A DNA stretch of 64,000 bases from Phoronis australis (Eukaryota > Animalia > Phoronida): contig NMRA01000078.1 of NCBI GenBank assembly GCA_002633005.1, positions 942,233 to 1,006,232 of the forward strand, written 5' to 3'. The translations under genes were made by a program, and so were the position numbers. How positions within the stretch are numbered: position 1 is the first letter of the stretch; each line of letters begins with the position of its first letter. This document shows, one piece after another, positions 47,801 to 60,704 of the stretch. The notes beneath the pieces were generated by a model. That model had not been told where the DNA came from, did no database searches, and worked only from the letters and a program-made list of their open reading frames with translations.

Positions 47801-49413
47801 GGCAGTGGCGGATTTAGAGGGAGCAAGGGGGGCATTCTAAAATTATTCTCCCAGATTCCATTGGCAGTTCGGGTGCTAATGTCTGACACGCAAACTCCTG
47901 GCAAATACTCTGTCCTGCCCCCCAACTCAAAATCCCGGATCCTCCCCAGGGAGGCTATAGCCCCCAAGTTACCTACAGTACACCGCCCGTGGGGGTAGAC
48001 ACGTCGTTCAGGAGGATGACTTTCCTCCGCAATTTTATCTACGAAAGGCTGCCTTTCCGAATAGGGTTTCCAAGAAAGAGATACACTTTCGGGCGCTGAC
48101 AAAAGGTTCCTTTTTCCAATTACACAAATTTTTAGTTAACTTCTTCTATATTTTTATTCTGTTGCTGCTAAAGATGTGCTCAATTTTGGCAAGATATGAT
48201 TAGGTCCGTATTGGTTTAGACGCAACAAAAGGATTGTGTTTGGGCAATATAACTCTACAAATGGTTCTTTTTCTGAAAGTTCCTTTCATACATCTCCTTC
48301 TTATTCGAATTCGTTCTCTCATGGGTGGGTGTTTTACCTCAGTTTTAATCTGCACTTTCCGTAAAAGATATGTTGGAGTGCCTCCCGGGCTCCAGGTGCA
48401 CTACACACTCTGTCAAACTATGAGAGATTTGCAATTCGGAAGAATTATCCCCGGATTTTAAGAACCAGAAAATTCGAGACCCCTCTAAGTGAATATCTAC
48501 CGAAAAATATCTCCTAGCGAAAACCGTTTCTTAAAAATTACACTCCTGCATAAATTTCTATTGCTATCAATTTTAGACGTTAACATATTTGTTGTGAAAT
48601 CGACTTTTGTGTATAGTCTCAATTAAATCAAACCGAAAAGATTATTTGCAATATATTCCAATTTAATTGGAATGGCAACGTGTTCATAAAAATAAATCAC
48701 AGGCAACTTGGTCTTCAGGTTGGTGGAATAGGATTAGGTTTGTAAAATTAATTTGTTTTTATTCTATAAAACTATTTCGTATTTCTCATGTGAAACATGG
48801 TTATTCCTTAACCACGACCAAACATTCGGTATCGGTCCAGTAAAGGTTACTTCGGGCCAATCACGACTCGCATCAGCAATGACAGCTATTTTGACCAATC
48901 ACAACCTTGTTGCATTGTTGCTGACTCTCAGCTCGAAGAACTGGAAGAAATTCGCATATTATGTTGTCCACAAAAGCCTCACGATTTGCGCTCAACGAGG
49001 GCAATGGCCGATTAGAGAAATCATTTAGTAATACGCGAAATCGTGTCTGTTCAGATTAGTTTGTATTGTTTTCCCTTGTAAAACCTTTTATTTGTCTGGA
49101 ATACAAATATCACACGCTATATTTGAGACCCGGCCATTGGTATTTGACATTGATTTTTGCCCATTGTTCACCATCCATTCGTCCTTGGCGGTCTTTGTGA
49201 CCAGGGGTCTATTGACTCAGTGTGATATTACGAGAGTCATCGTAACCCGTCGGTGTTTTTTATGTCCTTTGTTCTGCACTTTCTACATTTTATTCGTGAC
49301 GTCATTGCTGTGGTCATTTAGACTTACTGACTTAAATGACATTTGTCACCATCAAAACACGTTTTGAAATATATTTTGGTTTACCAAATTAATTCCAATT
49401 CTTGGTAAACGTA

Positions 49414-50235
49414 CAGGGTGTTTAAATGTCGAGACCTAGTTTCTAAGCTCCAAGCTTCCATGGGCGACTTAATACTCATATCAAGGTTCTTTTTAATCAT
49501 AAGCGTGTCCAGTCTTTTTGACATCTGAACAGTGAGAACAAAAAAAATCACCCGTTAATATTAGGAAGCGTTCGTGTGAAAAGGGGCACACGATAGTACC
49601 TCTACGCCGAGAAAGGATCCTACTGACATCTCATGAATTTTGTCGTTCCCCATACAGTGGGGTGCAAACTCGTTCATATAAGAACCTCTAAAAATGACGA
49701 AATGTGACTGACTTCCGAAAATCGGAATGCCGATCCGATTCATATGATTATATGGCTTCATGACCTGTTTTCAAAAAAGCTGCTAGGAGATTTGTTTTTG
49801 AGTGTTCCAATTGTCTGAATGAGGGGCTATCAAAAGGGGTTTCTAAGATTTTCATGAAAATCTTTGAAGTTGCATTCAACCAAAAGGAAATAATATTTTA
49901 GAAAACTATAACCTAACATCGTTTTTGATACCTCATCTTGAACATTGATGTCAAAATACAATTTGATCAGCTTATTCATACCGTTGTTTTGGTAAATTTT
50001 ACTAAGAAAGAGATATTCACGAGGCCCAATTGACAACAGTATGGTAAAATGTCAAGACTCAAATTCTTCAGACTTCCTACTTTCAGAAAACATAGATTTT
50101 ACTGATCATTAGTTGAAATTTATGGTTTTCTGGACATTTTGCTAAATGCACCGATAAGTCGGTAAGATTCAAGATAACCTTTAAGAGTCAAACTAGCAAT
50201 TTAGGGCATGTGGTCTGACTTTTTTAAGCACCCTT
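49414..50235. mobile_element. Tc1/mariner-like non-autonomous element
   Basis: TA|CAGGGTGTTTAAA...TTTAAGCACCCTT|TA (11/13 TIR match); no transposase ORF. Confidence 0.6.
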
Positions 50236-52081
50236 TATATTTACCAAACACACGTGAAAGTAGACATACAAAATTGCAGAAAGTTACCAACTAAACATTG
50301 TCTAGATCGTGTCTTTCAAGCCACAACAAAGTTTTTCGTAAAAAGTAACCTTTCTACGAAAAATGTAAATATTTCCGTTGTTTTTCCTGGAAGCACAAGT
50401 CTTTTTCAAAACAAAACAACTATCATGTATCATGTGAGTGCATAATTGAAACAAAATCATTACATGTTATCACACAAACATGTCACGGATTAAATAAGGA
50501 GTGATTGTAGTTGTCCTGTCCCCTTCGCACCGTACAGTGGCGGCGCAGCACTGAAATAGGTGGGGGGGGGGGGGGNGGGGGGGGGGGGGGGGGGCTGCTA
50601 TAACCCCCCAGCCCCCTATGGTGCACCCATGTTCTATAGCTGTATACATCTGTTGTCGACTTAACAACTTCTCCTGATATTTCAACACCGTCTTTTGTGT
50701 CTCCCGCACATTTTCGTATGGCCCTGCCCGGTTTGTGGATTTATCTTACGATCGTTTCTCTACATGCATTGCACTCGTCTGTATAGCTGTTGACCGGAGT
50801 TCTTTGGAATTCAAAAAGATTCCAACGCTTATCGGACCTTGAATTGTAATCCTCATCACTATTATTAGTTTTACGTGGTCAGTAATTGGCAGCTTGTGCG
50901 TTTGCTGGCCACCAAGTGGTTTAGCATGTACGTTACTTAAAACACAAAATTCAGGAGCTTGCAATCGCATACGAAATTACGCCTACATAATTAGACGCAT
51001 GTACACTGTGTGCACAGCACTTGAGCGAAAATCATTGAACTTGTGAGTGAAACTTAACTTTTCCGTTTCAAAACGGTATCGCGATGTCCGATGTGTAGAA
51101 TTTAACAAAATACGAAAAGTACAATGTGTGGACTGACAAAGCACCCAAATTAAGACAATTCGGCACATGGGAAGTATAGCCGCCTGCGTTTATAAATGAC
51201 AGATTGGGATACGTGCATAAATGCCAAACACAACTCAATGTCTAGACAGAGAGAGAGAGAGAGAGAAAGAGGGAGAGTCGTTCGTTAGAAGTTCAGTCGG
51301 AAATGGCTCACTTTCGTAAAGAACGTGGCCTTTAAAACAACCCGCATTTCGGTGGCAGGTGTACCCCCACATCCCCAACAAGTTCAGTTCAGCGTCCGGG
51401 GCCCATACGGATGTCAACTGCGAGACACTGTGCTTTGTATTATTATTTTGCAAGATCCTAGATATGACATTCCAAATATTGCATTTTCTCAGATGAAAAT
51501 CTCTACAAATATAAACATGACATCTATTTATTAGAATACAGCTGTAACCACGCCGATCACTCATTGGAAGAAAACCGATCCCCGGGATGAGACTCAGCGC
51601 TGCGGACCGCTCAGACAGCTCGTCGGGAAAGACCACGAACATAAAGGGTAGGGGTGTACAGTTAACACTAAAATAGTTGAGTTTCCCCTGTTTTCTTTTG
51701 AATAATATTGAGAAGACAAAAATTAGTTTCAAACAATGACTGCTTCTGTCATAGCTCAACTTTGAATCGAAATGTGCCTTTGCCATGTTTCACTACTTTA
51801 TAGACTTATGCTGTTATTCCCTGTTCTCTGAATGTGAGCTCGCTCAAATGTTTCGATTAAGGACAGTTATAACCATTGTCGCGTCAATTGCAAACTCTTT
51901 CATTTTATGTTTCATTAGTAAAATAACAACCCTCTCTGTTTCAGCAAATAACTCCAAATTGACACCAATTTTGTCGAAGTTGACGCGGCGTCTATCATTT
52001 TTGGGCTACTAGCTTGTGACACCTGTTCACTTGTTTACAAGCTGACCTCTTGAGGTCGCTAACGTCTCTGTCGGGGGAAAC

Positions 52082-52210
52082 ATGGCTGGGAAGAAAAGAT
52101 ACAAACAAGCGTGGACGGTCGGTGTCATTGTAGCGCTGTGTTTCCACTGTTGCGCCGCAATCAACGAATTGGTGTGTGCAAATAAGGACAAATTTGCATG
52201 TTCAGTGACG
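52082..52210 (+). CDS. First coding exon of a secreted or type I membrane protein, possibly a second IL-17 receptor; gene continues beyond the window
   Basis: aacATGG start; basic n-region, hydrophobic h-region and CAA cleavage-like site (MAGKKRYKQAWTVGVIVALCFHCCAA|INELVCANKDKFACSVT); strong donor ACG|gtaagt, phase 0; CpG-richer upstream region. Confidence 0.65.
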
Positions 52211-55200
52211 GTAAGTTCAATATTAAGTAGATTTATTAGTTTGCAAGCCCACTTACGCAGAGTGTTTGCAGCTGCACTCGGACAAGTTGTTCATTGACTG
52301 TTCCCGCAATCAAGTCGTACTTGAAATCTGAACAGGTCACGTTTCCTTTACAGAGTGCGGGTAAATAAGCATACAAACCTGAAAACTAATAAGACGTTAA
52401 TCACTTATTCATCTAATGATGGAACTGAAAATCAACCATTGACAGCCTACATCGCACGGCCCGCGTACAGTGCAGATCATTGAGCGGCCTGTGACTGTGT
52501 CCGGTAAGCCTGGGCCTCAGTAGGATTTTACTGTGAAGCGTGACAAGGATGACACGCCAATACAACAATATTAGAATGACATCGACACAAGCCACAAATA
52601 ACTTTGCGCATCCCTCTACTAATGTGATGGACGCCTTTATGAATCCTTTTGATTTACAAACATTGCTGTAAATCCCATTAGTCCTACTCAGACGCCAGGA
52701 CAATTGCCGTTAAGTCAGGCTGCTAAACGTTGTAGTTGGCTAGTTGGGGAGATGTGTCGCAATGTCAATATTTAATTTCTGAACACCCACGATTTGGTGC
52801 TGAAGAAAGAAGCCAGTTTTGTGAATGTTATCATGTTTACAAATATTTTCAATAGGTAAGAATTACGTAAGTCATAAAGTGCCAATGTTTGAAGAGTGAA
52901 GAAGTGGGACATCTGGATCTACATGACATACCTCAAGATGAAATTGTTCATAGCTACATTTTTATCTTTCTTTTTTTTAGTCGTGATTGTAAAATGGAAT
53001 GGGGGAAAATTGTGTTGAAGGCATGCAGATAGTATGTGATAATATGTCAGTTTTGTGTCAAGAAAGTGTTATGCAAGTAAAGGCAACTAAAGTGCGGCAG
53101 ATGTTCAATTTTTAGTGCCTGTACTTAAAGTAACCACATTCCGCTAAGGTTAAACATAGCTCAGAGTCGCATACCTCAATATCTAGTTGGCATTTGAGTG
53201 CTTAGAACAAGGCAATATCATTGACATTTTTTTCCTTATTACTAATTTATTTCATGCAGGCCTATCTCTGTAACTTATGTAAGAGTCAAAAAGTGGCAAA
53301 GAAAATAGGATGACACAATATGAAGTTACTTTCATGATTGTTTTCTGTAAAAAAACGGGGTAACAGAAAGATTAAGTGAATTATAAACAGATAATGATAT
53401 AGAGAAGATACAAGGGATTATTGATATAATTAATCACACACAGTGACAGTGGTCTAATGAATAAACAATGAGTTGAAGTTGAACCAGAATGACACCTCTG
53501 GGGACAGGATGAAAGGGGATTGCGCTTGTCCACAATTCCTATTGTTCATGACATTGACAATGCTAACTGCCACTGTTTGTTTTTTATGGTCATGTGAAGC
53601 CCCCCCGATTATATACTGAGGAGTATTGAAGACCCAGCTATGCATCCGTCAATTCCCTTTCTATGATGTCATAGGCTGGCTAAATTGGTAATCTTACATG
53701 GCCATTTTTCATTTCTGATAGTTGGGTCAGGAATAGGCAGATAACCTTTGATTTGAAAAATGTGGAAGATATGAATCCAATGAAAATTGACTTACAGTAA
53801 TTTTTGAAATAAAGTTGAACTTGTCTGTCAAAAATTGAAACTTGAACACGGCTTGAAAAGATTTAATTTTTGACTGCTGAATCCTTGCGCTGAAAGGTCT
53901 AAACTGAAAATCCAAGAAACCATCTGTAACTTATTTAACTTAAAGAAACATAATTTGCGTGTTTCATGCAAAAAAAACCCGTTTCTCTAAGTTTGGGCAA
54001 TTCCCATGAAAAATCACAATTTTTTAGAAAAAAATAACAATCTGGTTACAAAAGCCTGGATATAATTTTTATGCCCTTAACAAGTTTCAGTGATCTTCAA
54101 GAATTTTAAATTTATCAGTTTCTGGATTCACAATTAAGATTTAAAAAGACATTTTAGAATTTGGATTTTGTCAACAGGTTAGGCTGATGCTCACCTATGT
54201 TTTTTCAATTGAAACAGCTGGACATTAACGTAGGTGCCCTGCTAATTGCGTTGTTTGAATCTAGACTGTTATTAACAATTTACTTTATTTTCTGAATGGT
54301 AATAACTGGTATTGATTTATGAAATAGTGTAGAAGATATTGATTCCATAGGCACACATGCTGTGTGTGCGTTTTATAACAAAAAGTTTTTGGGGAATGAA
54401 GTCTAATGTGAGCTTTAAATACTATAAAGGAATTGTAATTAGCAAAGAAATGTACACACAACAAGCTTAGAAATGATAATTATTTTAGGGTGTATGAATG
54501 ATGGAATATGCTGAAATATTGGCTCTTGTCTCTGTTTTGGAAATCTAGTCTGTAATGCTGTATTTTTTTAATTGCTCACTTTTTCAAAAAAAAATTCAAA
54601 GGTGATGCAGGATTTTTTACTCTTTGTTTGGCAAATCATATGGGATTTGAAAACTTGCATGCTCCTGTTTACGTGCCTTTGTGCGGCTTTAAAAAATAAT
54701 GCAAAACCTTAGTGGACAGTTACGTGGTGTTTTTTAGGCCACTGCTCAAAATCTACCATACTTTCCGCTTTTTGTTTTGTGTTGTCATGGTGACACAATG
54801 TGTCGGAAAATAATTTGTCAAGATTGCATATGTTTGAGTGATTAACTTGTGTTTTCATACGTTGGTTAAAGTATTGCTGATAGCCCAAAACATCTAAAAT
54901 AACAAGGAAGTCGATGCGCGCAATGATTTCTCACAGTTATTTTTTAATCGGCACTTCTCTGAAGGATGAGTAATTAATACAAAATTATTCCTTGTCGTAC
55001 ATAGTTAATGCCACGCCTTAGTCACGTCTTGACATTTCTTTTCTTACATCCCACTCTATGACATGATCAAGTTTCTAAAATCTCTTGAAGTTCCATCAAT
55101 AGTAGATATGTAAAAAGAACGTCTTAAGATATTACCAGCAGCCTTAGTAAGAAGCACCGGGGTCACTTAAAGTACATATAGCTTTTACTTATTTGTGTTC

Positions 55201-57045
55201 GCAGTTCTCAGATGGTTCTTGGAATTGGGAAGTGCACAGGTCTAGACGACTAGATCTTTGTACTGTCGTAGGTATGATGCTTTCAGGGTCAATTTTTTAG
55301 AACTGTATTTCTCAGTGCCAAATAAATTTTTAAAGAAACTAACATAGGCTTAATCACCATAACGCACTAAAGTTAGTATTTGTGAAACTTGCAGGGCACA
55401 TCCTTTTACGATGTTCTAAAATTATGATGCAGGTAGTTGCCAGGTAGAGTATTGAAGTGCTATATCAGATCTATGAAAAATCACTACATGTGGTTAATGA
55501 AGGGTTTTGATTGAAATTCATACCCTCCAGCCCAGTTACATATTTCGTGCCGGGGTCTGTGCTGGTAAATGTTTTGTAGAGGAATGTTTAGGGTTTTGCT
55601 TCATGGTAAGAGAAAAACTCTGCTGGTAGAGGCAACTGATAGTTTCAGTCCCCGATTTGTGTGTGAACTCTCTGAGTTGTGCATAATCAGGTGGTGCTGG
55701 GTTGCTGAAGACTGTCAGGGACTAGATACAGCATAGGTCTGGCAGCTGGAATGCTGTGTTCATTAATCTTTAAAGTTTGTTTTAGTCTGGGCTTCAAATA
55801 ATGTTACTGTGCTGAAAACTGTTCAATTTGGAACAAAAATTAATCGTTGAAATTGTCTCTTAACATTTTTAAAGGTTTATCATTTTTCGTCAAATTCTGT
55901 ACAGTGAAAACAATAGTTAACAATGAAAGTAAATTTTGCAAGTGATTATTTTTGCTGAGAACTTTTTGCTAAATAAAATCGACTTTTCCACCATGGTATG
56001 TCACAATCTTTTACTGTATTTATTTATGAATACAAATCAGAAAAAGATGCTGATCATGTTTTCAAACACCTGAACTGTGCTGTTAAGTAGATTACATTCA
56101 TGTCAAAGGTCAAACAAGACCCCCATCTCTTTGTTCTCACAGTGCCGTGTCGTGTTACTTTTAATCAAAACCCATAGAAATAGCTTATTAGGTATTCCAT
56201 CAAGGTTTATTAGATGTTCTATCATATGACCTATTTTGTTTCTTGGTGCATTTTTCATGTAATCGACAAAATATATTGTATATTGCGAGGCAATAATGTT
56301 GTCAGACACACACATCAGAAAGCGCTCAAGGTAACAAGCTGCCTTTACTTATAAGGAACATATTCTAATAACACATTTTTGGCCATAAAAATCTATCCTG
56401 GGTGAGCACAGAAACATATTATGTGCGCAGAAATGATGCTCAAGTGTTTTTAGTTATGTGGCCTGCTGATTTTCCAAAAAACGGGTTCCTTTTACTGAGA
56501 ACACCATTACTTCGACTGTCACAAGTGATTTTCGCTCTGACTTGGCAAATAACGTTAACTTTATTAATTCATTCAGCTACAAATGTTTTGGGATTCTTTT
56601 TAAACTCTTCTGAGCACGAGTTTAAAGGAAATCTCTGACATGTTTTTGTTGCTAATAACAAGTGTCGTGTATTCAACCAATGTTGCTAATATAGTGAAGA
56701 AACGGTTTTGGTATGTTTCTGGCTGTTAGGATGATCTCTGCGCAGAAGCATATTTTTAAATCAGTCACGTAATAGAAGCATCCAGGTACTATTTTCGTAT
56801 TTATAGTGTTTCTTCCTGGCCAAGGATTTGAATAATATATATGGGTTCAGAGGAGTACTTGAGAAAATATTTGAAGAAATGTCAAACCTCTGGTAGTCAA
56901 AGTACCCAGTGTTACTATGACGATTAATGAAGTTCATTTAAAGCAGCATTTAAAAAAAAAACAAAAAAAAACAGTGCAGGTGGTCTGATGTCGTTTGCGG
57001 TGCATCAGACGTGCGCATTTTACCTCTGTTTAGCCAACTAAAAAC

Positions 57046-57371
57046 CAGGGCCTTCGATCCTTCAAATTTGGGGGCCGAATATCAGCTCCATTCCCCTCTG
57101 AAAATTAGTGAAAAATCACGTAAAATTCCCCTCATGATGCCTATAAATTCCTCTCAAGTGAATGAAAATTCCCCTTAGGATTCCATTCACTTGTAACTCA
57201 CACAGGTGACAATTCGAAGGAGCACAAAATATTAGTTTTGGCTACTTGAGGCAGAGTCTATAAGGGCTTGCAACAGAGTGGTGATCGGGAGGTAGGATTT
57301 ACCCCTCACCCCGAAATATTCCGCTCTCGGAAGGCGCAGGCACCTTTCCCATTGGATGAATGAGGGCCCTG
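57046..57371. mobile_element. ~0.3-kb hAT-like MITE family (TIR CAGGGCC...GGCCCTG); other copies ~11912-12214, 17041-17349, 17575-17790, 18217-18422, 26080-26285
   Basis: Shared core AAGGGAAAGGTGCCTG..CTGAGAGGGAAATATT..GGGAAAATTCTACCTCC found in both orientations. Confidence 0.75.
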
Positions 57372-58661
57372 AAAATGATTATCGATTTAGGCCGTTTTAC
57401 TCTCATAAAATCAGTCTGACTCGTATTAATATTCCTTACCTCGATAGGATTCTGTTTCTATTACCTACCCCAATCACAGGTAATGCACACGCGCCATGTT
57501 CTAATTGGCAGTTGCAACTTTAGGGTTGACAAACCCCAATAAAATCTGAAGCGTTTTTCTGATTCACCGATGGTTTTGACTTTCTTGTTGGTAATAGAAA
57601 TGAAATCCTAGGTCGGTTGTGCTGTATGAGAGTAAAAGGCCCAATTCATTTACGTTTTTTAGCCAGCGAAACTGGACGAAATGCATGTTTAAGTAGGCTT
57701 AGCCAGGTGTTGTCCTCCCTTGACCTTGTACAAAACATTATTTCAACCTTGGAAAATCATGAATATATCATGATCGTCTGATCAGCTTCAAGGAGGATTT
57801 ATCTACTAACACCATTGCCTATTTACTTTACGTGACTTGAAAAAAAATGTTTTACCTTGCTTGTGACCGAGTTACGCAGATAGTTTGCTTGTTGAAGTGC
57901 TATTCCCCTTGATTTTATTGCAGATTCACTTTTGAGTGTCATGTTTGATTCCAGTCTTCAAACACTAGTATCATGTTATGTGGGCTTTGGTGGGCTTGTC
58001 AGGAAATTGCACTTGAATTTCTTAATTGTTACGAAACATACCTAGATTTTAAAATCACCCTTTGTTCTATTCACATGACCTTCATGTTCACAAATATTCA
58101 ATAGCCTGAATTATAGAAATCTGCCTTTGAATATCGACACTGAAATCCACAGCAAATAATTCTCTTTTAATTTGCATTCCTTGACCTTAGGTCATTGCAA
58201 ATTATTTCGTTCAACTGTCCTAGTCAGTAGACTCAGGCTCCAAGTGAAGTGTCACATGGCATATTTTTTGGAAGCTTAAATTAAAAATGGCATCACTCTA
58301 TCTGGAGTAATTGTTCAAAATGCAGACTGGTCAGTAGAAGAGAAGAAAATAAATTTATTACAGTAACCTGTGTAATACTTGAACACCCGGCCCACTTTAA
58401 ACAAAATACAAGAACACATACAATTTGATATGAAGCTCAAAACTACAGTGAGTAACTGATTATGCACATTCGGTGATACATTGTGAAAAGCTCATGTAGT
58501 ATGGCTGGGCATTGCAATTACATAAGGCAAGGTTTTGATTTGGAAAATTTAGGTCAAGTTGTGCTCCATCCCGGCCATTGTGTCCGCAAATACATATTGA
58601 AAAAGAGGTTACGTTTCTAGTTACGCTGCAGGGCTCGGTTGTATAAAACTTAAAAAGTTAT

Positions 58662-58936
58662 CTGGGCCCAGTTGCATAAAAGTTATACGCCGTATAGCAA
58701 CAATGACGTCGCATTATCACGGGTCACGTTGTTAGTGCTGAACAATGCACATGACGTCATGCAACAATCAAACTTATCCAGCGGATATCTTTTGAAGCTT
58801 TATGCAACTCAGCCCTGCTGGATAAGTTTGACTGTTGCATGACATCAGGTGCATTGTTTAACAATAACAACGTGACGTGTGATAATGCGACGACGTCATT
58901 GCTATAGCGTATAACTTTTGTGGAACTGGGCCCAGA
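58662..58936. mobile_element. Harbinger-like MITE (58665-58814, CTG TSD) plus an adjacent inverted partial copy, forming a ~275-bp palindrome; solo copy ~45032-45180
   Basis: ctg|ggcccagttgcataaa...tttatgcaactcagcc|ctg, then ~120 bp reverse-complementary to the left arm, ending actgggcccag. Confidence 0.8.
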
Positions 58937-60615
58937 TGTCTCCGTAGTTTCTTTTTAACTTAGGTTCACAACTAGGATATCAGTCCTAAGAGATTTCAGT
59001 TTTAACAGACATTTTGTGTAAAATTTGAAATGTTTTTGCTGTTTGTATGATAGTTTGATTGTCTGGGTAGTTAAAAAGCTATAGAAGACACAGTATTGGT
59101 TTTAGGGTCTTCTCAAAAGTTTTTGTCAGGTAACTAAATAATTTACCTGTGGTGATGACCCGTGACTGGTGTATGGGCTAACATTTGTCCAGTTTTATGA
59201 GAGCTGAAATTACATTGGAAAAAAAAAATCGTTTTCATTGTTTTAACTTATAGACTCTGATATGCCTCTTAAAAAGTTTAGTTTTGTCCATCGTCTGTAA
59301 GAGATGCCATTTTCACTTTCTATTAAGTGAGGTATTTGATACATATGTATGAGCTGATATTATTCACCTTAAGTAGCATGTAGGTAGATGTTTAAACGGA
59401 ATTAATGCCATGATCTGTACTAACCATCTTTTTGATAATAGAGCAAAGATTAGTTTTACATTTGCGTGTCGAATCGAAAAGTTATTCAATGAACTTGGTT
59501 TAACAAAGTCTTTCTAAAATACGTGTTCGTCTGCTTTTAATATGTGTCATCACGTTAACTTTAAGGCTGCGTGGCAGCGCCTGTGTTTGAAAACCTGAAG
59601 GTTTTAGTTCATGGTTTGGAGTGAAACTCTTTGTTTTTGTTCTTTACTATGGTTGGTCCCTAATTGGTTACGATAACACTGTTGACTGTATGGCGTTCAT
59701 TCAGGTTGCTTCTGCAGCACGATTCACACTGCTAACTTGATTTATTCTAGTTGAAGTTTGTGATTTTGGCTTGACCTAATTAGCACTCCCAGCCTCCGTG
59801 TGGAAATTGACCTCAAGAGTATTTTGCACTCAACAAAAACAGTAGTTGTACTGGTAGAAACATAATACTCTTGGACTCGGTACATCAAAGTTTGCACAGG
59901 TTGCTAGTTAGAGCTTCTGCAGATTATTGCGAATGTTATGAGCCCTGCGTCTTTTATATCAGTGTTACAGCTTGCAGTTGACTCAAGTACACGAAAGCAC
60001 CTGTTTTTCTTAAACATTGGCACACCCCCACAAATCAGTCTCGCAGTACATTCAGGCTCTCATTCACTCCGTTGAATACATTCACTAGTACGACCGAGCT
60101 CAGAAGAGTAGGAGACTCCTGTGTGCAATGCTCGATTGTCTTCCAGTCAAGGCAGGGTTTGATCCTGAGGTTCTCCCTAATAAGAGTCCAGAGCTTAAAC
60201 CACTGAGCCGCAATGTCTCCTTGAAGCTCATTTTGTGCTGGCCATCCTCATAACACAAGTTGAAAAAAGTGACTACCAAATTAAAAAAAGTGCTGTACCA
60301 TTTTTTAGTAAATTAAGTTTAACTGAGAGGAATATGGTAAATCAGATAATTTCTAACCTTGTACACGGAAAACAAGTCTTTAATTTGGGGCAAAAATAAT
60401 TGCTAAAATTGCCATATTTTTATTTTCAGAGACTTACCAAATTGATTGTTGTAAAGGCTCAAAATTTTGCCAAATAATTGGCAATAGCTTCATCATATAA
60501 ACCATGCTAAAAGCAAAGTAAAATTCTCCAAAAATTTGTTTTTTTCCTGGAATTTTGATAAAAATTAAATTTCACCTGTTTGCCAAACTGAAGACTGATA
60601 TGTATGACCAATGTC

Positions 60616-60704
60616 GTATTATATAATATTATATTGTGCATTGTATTATATAATATTATATTGTGCATTGTATTATATAATATTATATTGTGCATTGTAT
60701 TATA
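60616..60704. repeat. Minisatellite, ~3.3 x 27 bp (GTATTATATAATATTATATTGTGCATT)
   Basis: Read directly from the sequence; explains the repeated LYNTMHNII in the ORF track. Confidence 0.9.

Noticed and set aside
47686-48102. 138-aa ORF
   Set aside because: Overlaps a CAGTGGCGGAT-type G-rich repeat (relatives at ~4750-4907, 46277-46397, 50535-50630); no protein similarity recognised.
50559-50594. Poly-G tract as a G-quadruplex element
   Set aside because: Contains an N and sits inside a small repeat; its length is unreliable. Single Ns at 18294 and 46310 similarly mark possible gaps.
51235-51786. 183-aa minus-strand ORF
   Set aside because: No recognisable domain, runs into a (GA)n microsatellite, and lies in the probable promoter region of the 52082 gene.
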